Source: Clostridium gelidum
GTDB taxonomy: Bacteria; Bacillota; Clostridia; Clostridiales; Clostridiaceae
NCBI RefSeq assembly: GCF_019977655.1
Contig: NZ_AP024849.1
Span: 3,277,684-3,301,683, forward strand
Direction: 5' to 3'
Length of the DNA: 24,000 nucleotides
Made by a program: the position numbers and the translations under genes. Every line of letters begins with the position of its first letter. The stretch's first letter is position 1. Below the pieces are notes generated by a model. It had not been told where the DNA came from, did not search any database, and worked only from the letters and a program-made list of their open reading frames with translations. Shown here piece by piece: positions 17,704 through 24,000 of the stretch.

Positions 17704-18216
17704 CTATTTTTGAACTTCTATTATTATATCCTTTATTTTTGATACATCTTGAACTAGTTCTTGTATTGCTATAGTCTCATTTTCTTGAAGCCCAGTTGCT
17801 GATTTAACAATAACGGTTGCTTTGTTTGAATCTAATCTACATAAAGCATCTTCATAACCTTTGTTTTTAATACTAAGTTCTATTCTTCCTTCATTATCTT
17901 TCACCATTGTTTTTTGAGTTAATTCTTTTTGTGCTACAACCTTTTGCTCTTTTGATATATTTTCATCTGAAATTTGAGACTTTAAAGTTTGAATAGTTGC
18001 TGAATCCATTTGATCTCTTTCACTTTTTGAATTATAAAAGTAATTTTGTTGATTTAAAGCTTCTGCATCTTGATCATTTACTTTTTCAGGTGATAAAACT
18101 TGACTTAAATCTGTTGGGTCATTTAACCCACCATTATTAAGTTTTGCTGCTAGCACTCCTACACATAATATTAATGCTAACAATGTAAAAATAATACCAC
18201 ATTGTTTCTTTGTCAT
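17704..18216 (-). CDS. spoIIIAH: Stage III sporulation protein AH
   Basis: Eighth gene of the spoIIIA operon. One N-terminal TM segment (IIFTLLALILCVGVLAA) plus an extracytoplasmic domain. SD GGGGGA precedes the ATG. Confidence 0.8.
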   Translation of the reverse strand: MTKKQCGIIFTLLALILCVGVLAAKLNNGGLNDPTDLSQVLSPEKVNDQDAEALNQQNYFYNSKSERDQMDSATIQTLKSQISDENISKEQKVVAQKELTQKTMVKDNEGRIELSIKNKGYEDALCRLDSNKATVIVKSATGLQENETIAIQELVQDVSKIKDIIIEVQK

Positions 18217-18254
18217 AATAATATTCCCCCAATCCTTTTTTATAAAATTATATG

Positions 18255-18866
18255 CTACTTCTTCATACTATATACATTAACCTTATCTAAACTTAAGTTA
18301 TATAGTTTCGATACTGCTTGTTCAATTTCATATTTTGTTTTGCTATTTGCAGCACCTTCCGCGAGTATTATGACTCCAATAATTTTCGGTTTATATGTGG
18401 TTAATATAAATGGCTCATTGTTTCCATCAGATGTAGTCATTACAATGTTCTCCCCATCTGTATTTTGATTATTTACTCGTTTTCCGCCTTGATTATCAGT
18501 TTCTTCAGTAGTTGATTTTTGCGAATTTTTATCATAAGCCGGTACTTTTTTATCTCCATTTTCAAAAGACATCATTACTTCAACATCACCAACTCCATTC
18601 ATTTTTTTTAATATATTTTTTAAATCTGTTTTTTGCTGTTCTTCATAATTTTTTTCATCTGTTTCCTTAGTAACTGGAGAGTTTTCTGCATTTCCTACTG
18701 TAACGCCTGCTGCAACTTTATTATTACTTAAAGTTTTACTACTTGGTAGTAGTACATTCATAGCAATTAAAACAAATCCTAGAACTATACATACAGCAAT
18801 TAAATTTTTAAGTTGTTTTTGAGCTAATATCTTTTTTATCTCTTTTATTATTTTATTTTTGTCCAT
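18255..18866 (-). CDS. spoIIIAG: Stage III sporulation protein AG
   Basis: N-terminal TM segment and C-terminal IIGVIILAEGAANSKTKYEIEQAVSKLYNLSLDKVNVY, characteristic of SpoIIIAG. The operon position also fits. Confidence 0.85.
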   Translation of the reverse strand: MDKNKIIKEIKKILAQKQLKNLIAVCIVLGFVLIAMNVLLPSSKTLSNNKVAAGVTVGNAENSPVTKETDEKNYEEQQKTDLKNILKKMNGVGDVEVMMSFENGDKKVPAYDKNSQKSTTEETDNQGGKRVNNQNTDGENIVMTTSDGNNEPFILTTYKPKIIGVIILAEGAANSKTKYEIEQAVSKLYNLSLDKVNVYSMKK

Positions 18867-18878
18867 AATTTATACCTC

Positions 18879-19487
18879 CTATTCATCTAATTTATATACT
18901 TCGATTTTCTCATTTGGAACATTCAATTCACTGGATATAAAATTAACCATTTCTGTATATTCTTTATTTTCTTCCTTTGTAGTAGTTTCTAGCTCTTTGT
19001 TAATCACTATCTTTTTTATCTTATTTATTTTATTTTCACCTACACCTATCTTTAGTTTTTTTACATTTAAAGTTATGTTTACGAAATCTACATCACAATC
19101 TATTTCACTTTTAAATGTCTTGTCTTTATACTTATTTTTAAGTAAATTATCACAATTTTTATTGAAGTTATTCATAAATGTTTTTTTTCTAACATCTACT
19201 TTATCTTGATCATTTTTAAAAATATTTGTTGTGTTACCTTTATTAACTTTATTTTCATTTTGAGAAAATACCTGTTCATAGCTTTGAATTCCATCTGTAA
19301 CACTTTTTTCTCCACTTGATATAAATTGTATAATTGGATTTAAAATCACAGTAACTAATATTAATCCTAAAATAAACTGAATATATTTTTTCATTTTATT
19401 GCTTGGTGCTATAAGTTCTACTGCACTTATAAATATAAGAATAGTCACAAGAGTTATTACAATATTCTTTAAAGCTTCTATAAACAT
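18879..19487 (-). CDS. spoIIIAF: Stage III sporulation protein AF
   Basis: Two N-terminal TM helices (IVITLVTILIFISAVELIAPS..MKKYIQFILGLILVTVILNPI), as in B. subtilis SpoIIIAF. The operon position also fits. Confidence 0.82.
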   Translation of the reverse strand: MFIEALKNIVITLVTILIFISAVELIAPSNKMKKYIQFILGLILVTVILNPIIQFISSGEKSVTDGIQSYEQVFSQNENKVNKGNTTNIFKNDQDKVDVRKKTFMNNFNKNCDNLLKNKYKDKTFKSEIDCDVDFVNITLNVKKLKIGVGENKINKIKKIVINKELETTTKEENKEYTEMVNFISSELNVPNEKIEVYKLDE

Positions 19488-19496
19488 AATGTTCTC

Positions 19497-20780
19497 CTAT
19501 CCTCCAACAATAAACCTTCCAGATGATGCCATGATAGCAATTAATATAAAAAATATTATACTTACAGTTAAAACACATGATGTTATTAGCACCATTGAAT
19601 TTCCTGCTGCTTCTAATGATTTTGTTATCCTTGAATCACTTATTGGTTCAATCAATGCTGCTGATAATTTATATATAAATGTAATTAGTATAAGTTTAAT
19701 CAGTGGATGTAGCAGAATTATAATAATTACAACTAATCCTATGGAGCTTATTGCGTTTTTTATTATAAGTGAGTATCCAGCTACCGATGTGATTGCATCT
19801 GAAAATGTTTTTCCGACTATTGGAATAAAATTATCTATAGCAAATTTCGCTGTTTTAAGTGTTACTGCATCAATGGTTGTTGAAGTAATTCCACGAATTG
19901 TTAAAAGTCCTATAAAGATTGTTACTATGATTCCCTGAAACCATATAATAACTTGTTTTAATAATTTACATAAATTTGTTATTTTATGGTCTATAGATAG
20001 ATTATTTGCAAATTCTAATACAAAACTCATTAGTATCATTGGAATTACAATATTTGAATACACTTTTGGTATAAATACAACTGCCCCAAGTACAATTGGA
20101 TCTAGTGTTGCAGCTGATGTAATTCCTCCTGCAAGAGAAATCATAGTTATAAGTATTGGAAGAAGAGCACTCATAAAATCTGAGATGTTAGTTATTACTT
20201 CTTTTGCAACTGAAATAGAAATTATAAAACTTTTTGATAGTACCATTATGATTAAGGCGTAGCAAGCAAAAAAAGCAACTTGCGAGATGCTTTCATCTGA
20301 AAATGCATCTTGAAGATTTTTTAAAAGTGAACATATTATTGATATTGTAACTATTGATATCATAAGTTTTAAAACACTTTTCACCTCTTTGAATACAATG
20401 CTTAAAATTGCCTTTACAATTGTATCAAAAGAAATATTACCTTTACCTTCAGCAATATATGTTTTTATATATTCTACTGGATCTAAATTATCCATAAGTT
20501 CTACATCTGTTTTCATTTTATTTATATATTTATATAAATCATTAATTTCATCCTTTGCACTTCCACCTATGTCATCTATATTGACTTCATTTTTCAAAGG
20601 TTCTTTGCTTTTTACATTATTTTCTGTATTACCACTTATATCTATATTGTTTTTATTATTTATTTCCATGGCATAAACTTTATCCAATTTTAAAAATACA
20701 CACCCTGGAATTATTGATATAATCATATTAATTGTAAGACTTATCATTAATATTACCGTAACTCTTTTTATCATCTTCAT
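19497..20780 (-). CDS. spoIIIAE: Stage III sporulation protein AE (polytopic membrane protein)
   Basis: Signal/TM segment, a soluble N-domain, then ~8 TM segments. The track start 20789 is a GTG directly after the spoIIIAD stop. ATG 20780 (MKMIKRV) has SD AGGTG 6 nt upstream. Confidence 0.88.
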   Translation of the reverse strand: MKMIKRVTVILMISLTINMIISIIPGCVFLKLDKVYAMEINNKNNIDISGNTENNVKSKEPLKNEVNIDDIGGSAKDEINDLYKYINKMKTDVELMDNLDPVEYIKTYIAEGKGNISFDTIVKAILSIVFKEVKSVLKLMISIVTISIICSLLKNLQDAFSDESISQVAFFACYALIIMVLSKSFIISISVAKEVITNISDFMSALLPILITMISLAGGITSAATLDPIVLGAVVFIPKVYSNIVIPMILMSFVLEFANNLSIDHKITNLCKLLKQVIIWFQGIIVTIFIGLLTIRGITSTTIDAVTLKTAKFAIDNFIPIVGKTFSDAITSVAGYSLIIKNAISSIGLVVIIIILLHPLIKLILITFIYKLSAALIEPISDSRITKSLEAAGNSMVLITSCVLTVSIIFFILIAIMASSGRFIVGG

Positions 20781-20789
20781 AATAAACAC

Positions 20790-21173
20790 CTACATTATTT
20801 GTAATATAGAATTTAGTACAGCCATTAGTATTGGAATAGCAAGTACTAAAATCATTATTTTACCTGAAAGCTCTATTTGAGCTGCTAGACTGTCCGCATT
20901 TGCATCCTTACACAATGCACTAGAAAATGATGCAATATATGCTATTGCTAAAATTTTTAGTACAATCCCCATATAAACTGTATCAATATTAGCTTTATCA
21001 GCAATTTCTCTTAAAAAGTTAATTATTTCTTTAAGTGGTTCTACCATAATAAGAAGAATTAAAGTGCATGCAGTTAAAGTAAGAAGCGTATTTAATTCAT
21101 TTTTAGATTGCTTAAGTAATAACATGATAAATAATGTTATAAATGCTATTCCTACAATTTTTACTATTAACAT
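20790..21173 (-). CDS. spoIIIAD: Stage III sporulation protein AD
   Basis: 127-aa four-TM protein in the fourth operon position. Confidence 0.82.
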   Translation of the reverse strand: MLIVKIVGIAFITLFIMLLLKQSKNELNTLLTLTACTLILLIMVEPLKEIINFLREIADKANIDTVYMGIVLKILAIAYIASFSSALCKDANADSLAAQIELSGKIMILVLAIPILMAVLNSILQIM

Positions 21174-21181
21174 AACTACAC

Positions 21182-21379
21182 CTACATTATAAACATTGTC
21201 TTAACAGTGCTAAATAAATCTCCTATAAGGGAAACTATCATAAGCAGAATTATTACAACTCCTGCAATGTTTGTAATAGCTGCAATTTCACCTTTTCCAC
21301 TACTAGTTAATACCTTATCTAAAACTACTAAAAGTATTCCAGCTCCTCCAATTTTAAAAAGAATACTTATATCATGCAT
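21182..21379 (-). CDS. spoIIIAC: Stage III sporulation protein AC
   Basis: 65-aa two-TM protein (FKIGGAGILLVVLDKVL..SGKGE...) in the third operon position. Confidence 0.82.
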   Translation of the reverse strand: MHDISILFKIGGAGILLVVLDKVLTSSGKGEIAAITNIAGVVIILLMIVSLIGDLFSTVKTMFIM

Positions 21380-21434
21380 TTATCTTCCCCCAATCTAAAT
21401 TCAATTAACAATTAACAGTTAAATCTAAAATTCT

Positions 21435-21953
21435 TTATATTATAAATATCATTATCATCGCTCCAAAACATACTCCAAGATATCTATATAATTTTATGTT
21501 TTTCTTTGCAATTTCATCAGCATCCTTTAAATTCATTTTTATACTTTCAATTGCTAAGCAGAATATTTTTCCTTGCCCATAAACTCCTGATTCTCCAAGA
21601 GACTTAAAAAAATCTGACATTATTTTTTTATCCTCATCATATAAATAAAATTCATTTTCTACTAATGCAAACTCTAAAGTAGCACCCTCATATACACTTT
21701 CCACATCTCCTTTTATAAGCCTTTTTGTAATAGCTTTTACGAATTTGTTTAAGGGCTCACCTAACTTATAAGAAAGATTTTCTAAAGCTTCTGGTAGAGG
21801 AGTTGTCCCATATACAATATCATTTTCAAGAATAGTTAAAGCTTTTAATATCTCTTTAAGCTCATCTTGTCTTCTTCTAAAAGTTTCTCCATATGCAAAG
21901 CCTATATAAGTGCTTATGATAAATATGCCTATTATAAAAATTAATTTAAGCAT
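21435..21953 (-). CDS. spoIIIAB: Stage III sporulation protein AB
   Basis: 172 aa with an N-terminal TM segment, a cytoplasmic helical domain and a C-terminal TM segment. It overlaps the spoIIIAA stop by 13 nt. Confidence 0.82.
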   Translation of the reverse strand: MLKLIFIIGIFIISTYIGFAYGETFRRRQDELKEILKALTILENDIVYGTTPLPEALENLSYKLGEPLNKFVKAITKRLIKGDVESVYEGATLEFALVENEFYLYDEDKKIMSDFFKSLGESGVYGQGKIFCLAIESIKMNLKDADEIAKKNIKLYRYLGVCFGAMIMIFII

Positions 21954-22870
21954 ATGTTTTCACCACCTTTTAGACTATGTACATTTTCAATTGTTCCAAC
22001 ACCATGTCTATTGCTTAAAATTATTGCTCTCTCTATAATTTCATTATCAAGCAAATCACAAAAAACCTTTCTCTTATATAAATCTTCAATTGTGAAACCA
22101 TGAATTGTAGTAATTATATTTACTCCGGAGTTGAAAGCCATCATAAGCGCCTCAATATCACCTTTAGTTCCAATTTCATCACAAATCAAAACTTCTGGTG
22201 AAAGACTTCTAATTGCCATAATAAGACCCTCTCTTTTTAAGCAATTATCTAAAACATCCGTTCTTATACCTAAATCACTTTGAGGAATTCCAAAATGACA
22301 AGCTCCTATTTCACTTCTTTCATCTATTACTACAACTTTTCTTCCACTAATCCCAAGTTTGGCCATCCCATTTGATATATTTCTTGATATATCTCTTAAA
22401 ATTGTTGTCTTCCCACATTTAGGTGGTGAAATTATTATAGTGTTATAAACTCTACTACCTGAAACAATGTATTTCATGACTTTATCTGAACATCCTATAA
22501 TTTCTCTACAAATTCTTATATTTATAGATGAAATATTTCTAATAGTCTTAACTTCCCCCCTTTCCATAACGCATTCACCAGCTATACCTATTCTATGTCC
22601 ACCTTTAATTGTTATAAAACCTTGACGTATATCTTCTTCATACGCATATAATGAATAATTAGAAATTTTTTGTATCATACTTTTTACATCCTCTTTTGTA
22701 GGAATATAATTTATAATACTTTCTCCATGCTTCGAATAAACTAAAATTGGTTTTCCAATCTTAATTCTCACTTCATATATTTGTTCTCTGAGGAATCTAT
22801 CCTTGAGCAAATTTTCTATTTCAAGTGGAAAAATTCCTAAAATCTCCTCTTCACCTTTCAAAATCCTCAT
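21941..22870 (-). CDS. spoIIIAA: Stage III sporulation protein AA (secretion-type ATPase)
   Basis: Walker A ISPPKCGKTT and Walker B VLICDEIG. It is the first gene of the eight-gene operon, with SD GAGAGGAGG. Confidence 0.92.
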   Translation of the reverse strand: MRILKGEEEILGIFPLEIENLLKDRFLREQIYEVRIKIGKPILVYSKHGESIINYIPTKEDVKSMIQKISNYSLYAYEEDIRQGFITIKGGHRIGIAGECVMERGEVKTIRNISSINIRICREIIGCSDKVMKYIVSGSRVYNTIIISPPKCGKTTILRDISRNISNGMAKLGISGRKVVVIDERSEIGACHFGIPQSDLGIRTDVLDNCLKREGLIMAIRSLSPEVLICDEIGTKGDIEALMMAFNSGVNIITTIHGFTIEDLYKRKVFCDLLDNEIIERAIILSNRHGVGTIENVHSLKGGENICLN

Positions 22871-22897
22871 AGCCTCCTCTCTCGTTCTCTTATTTAA

Positions 22898-22926
22898 TTA
22901 ATATGTAATGTTAAGTTAAAATATTA
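22898..22926 (-). promoter_or_regulatory. Candidate sigma-E (mother-cell) promoter of the spoIIIA operon
   Basis: Minus strand: TAATATT (22926..22920), 14-nt spacer, CATATTAA (22905..22898), compared with the B. subtilis sigma-E consensus kmATATT-14-CATACAhT. The predicted 5'UTR is ~20 nt and contains the SD. Confidence 0.4.
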
Positions 22927-22947
22927 CTGAAACAGATTAAAATATGT

Positions 22948-22991
22948 AAAATAAAAAGGACTATCTTAATTCTAACTTTAAGATAGTCCTT
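22948..22991 (-). terminator. Rho-independent terminator of the Zn-ribbon ORF
   Basis: Perfect 14-bp stem AAGGACTATCTTAA (22956-22969) / TTAAGATAGTCCTT (22978-22991) with an 8-nt loop, followed by TTTATTTT on the minus strand. Confidence 0.8.
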
Positions 22992-23062
22992 GATAACTTT
23001 TGTATTATTAGATTGTTATTTTATTTCATGTACCTAATTTAATTTTTCATAAACCATTTTTG

Positions 23063-23431
23063 TTAAATTCCTTTAATATTTTTATTACAATAAGGACATG
23101 GAATTTCATCATTCTTGCTTAGGGTAGATTGTTCCATAAAAATAGGTTTATCGCAATGAGGACAAATAATCTCTGTATACTCATCTTCCATATCATTTAA
23201 TTCATCTATAGATAATTCTTCAAATAATTCATCTTGAATATTTGTTAAATCATCATCCATAAATTTAATATTTTCTTCAATTGTTTCTTGATTTATAGTT
23301 AACTCTTCAATTTTTTGGTTCATAATTTCTAAAATTGAAAACACACCATCAAAACATTGTTTATATTCTTCATTTTCAATTTTTGATAAATTATTTTTCA
23401 AGTTTTCAATCTCATTTCTAAGCTCTTCCAT
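23063..23431 (-). CDS. Small acidic coiled-coil protein with C-terminal CxxC-X18-CxxC zinc ribbon (function unknown)
   Basis: 122 aa with SD AAGGATGTGA. The N-terminal ~85 aa are heptad-like and E/D-rich. The C-terminus reads CPHC...(18 aa)...CPYC. It has its own terminator. Confidence 0.75.
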   Translation of the reverse strand: MEELRNEIENLKNNLSKIENEEYKQCFDGVFSILEIMNQKIEELTINQETIEENIKFMDDDLTNIQDELFEELSIDELNDMEDEYTEIICPHCDKPIFMEQSTLSKNDEIPCPYCNKNIKGI

Positions 23432-23557
23432 ATCTTTTCACATCCTTTTCTTTACTTGGTAAAACTATGCGCTTTTTGGATATCCAAAAAAATCACTCCA
23501 ATATATATTCTATATTTATGACTATTTTTGAAGGTGCTCAAATATAAAGTTAAACTT

Positions 23558-23589
23558 AATTCAGGTGGGGTTTGATCCCCACCTGAATT
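23558..23589 (-). terminator. Terminator of efp
   Basis: Perfect 13-bp stem AATTCAGGTGGGG / CCCCACCTGAATT with a 6-nt loop, 25 nt after the efp stop. Confidence 0.65.
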
Positions 23590-23614
23590 TTAGTTTAAAA
23601 CTTATGTATAAGTT

Positions 23615-24000
23615 TTATACTCTTTCCATGTAATCGCCAGTTCTTGTGTCTATTCTTATAACATCACCTTCATTAACGAACATAGGAACATATACTACTG
23701 CACCTGTTTCAACAGTTGCTGGTTTTAATGTATTACTAGTTGAATTTCCTTTAGCACCTGGGTCAGATTGTGTAATAAGTAATTCAACAAAGTTTGGTGC
23801 TTCTACTGAGAATGCTTCATTCTTAAAGAATTTAATTGTTGCGAACATATTTTCCTTTAAGAATTTTATTGCTTCTTCAACTTTGTCTTGGTTTAAAGGA
23901 ATTTGTTCAAATGTTTCTTGATCCATGAAGTAGTATAATTCTCCATCTGAATAAAGATATTGCATTTCTTTTCTTTCAATTACAGCTTCTTGTAATTTTT
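23615..24000 (-). CDS. efp: Elongation factor P (N-terminus lies beyond the window end)
   Basis: The track ORF starts at an internal Met. The frame stays open upstream to base 24000 (…[33 protein letters not shown]…[36 protein letters not shown]), which is a typical EF-P domain II/III sequence. Confidence 0.95.
   Translation of the reverse strand, partial: KLQEAVIERKEMQYLYSDGELYYFMDQETFEQIPLNQDKVEEAIKFLKENMFATIKFFKNEAFSVEAPNFVELLITQSDPGAKGNSTSNTLKPATVETGAVVYVPMFVNEGDVIRIDTRTGDYMERV

Noticed and set aside
19396-19578. 60-aa Cys/Tyr-rich minus-strand ORF spanning the spoIIIAE/spoIIIAF junction
   Set aside because: It is an alternative frame of two solid genes on the same strand. It has no SD, and its composition (C, Y, N, K) is what TGT/TAT/AAT-rich off-frame reading yields. 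There is no independent support.
1500-23921. All plus-strand ORFs in the track (for example 3217..3537, 9018..9386, 18859..19209, 19399..19938, 23646..23921)
   Set aside because: Each lies antisense to a well-supported minus-strand gene. Their translations are low-complexity and rich in I/L/F/S/T, as expected for the antisense of AT-rich codons. I see no SD sequences or recognisable motifs.
1-24000. CRISPR arrays, tRNA/rRNA genes, riboswitches, toxin-antitoxin or defence-system gene pairs
   Set aside because: Scanning the intergenic regions showed no regularly spaced direct repeats, no cloverleaf-like GC-rich segments and no conserved riboswitch cores. The intergenic DNA is almost entirely AT-rich promoter and terminator sequence. 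No gene resembles known defence components.

Overview
Very AT-rich, Clostridium-type (class Clostridia) chromosomal segment. Every gene I can support is on the minus strand. Bases ~4964-24000 are the conserved Firmicute sporulation/housekeeping block, in nearly the same order as the Bacillus subtilis efp...spo0A region (no accBC; nadK present). The order is efp (partial), a small Zn-ribbon ORF, spoIIIAA-AB-AC-AD-AE-AF-AG-AH, an asp23-family gene, nusB, folD, xseA, xseB, ispA, dxs, a tlyA-like methyltransferase, nadK, argR, recN, spoIVB and spo0A. Bases ~886-4963 lie between spo0A and a membrane-anchored polysaccharide deacetylase (1-885, partial). This accessory patch reads as a decayed integrative element. 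It holds a tyrosine-integrase remnant split over two frames, a PadR-family repressor and a GT1 (MGT/YjiC-like) glycosyltransferase. It also holds a 15-codon mini-cistron with its own SD and terminator, and a serine-recombinase pseudogene (in-frame TAG at codon 16, no C-terminal HTH) preceded by res-like repeats. The best lead I can see directly is one palindrome (ACTRCTATA-N3-TATAGTAGT) that overlaps the -10 of the padR promoter and also a promoter-like element upstream of the glycosyltransferase. That suggests a self-contained PadR-gated glycosylation cassette. No rRNA, tRNA, CRISPR array or intact mobile element is visible. I do not see a convincing novel multi-gene system, and the core block is ordinary and well described. 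All functional calls come from motif and synteny recognition by eye, not from database searches.
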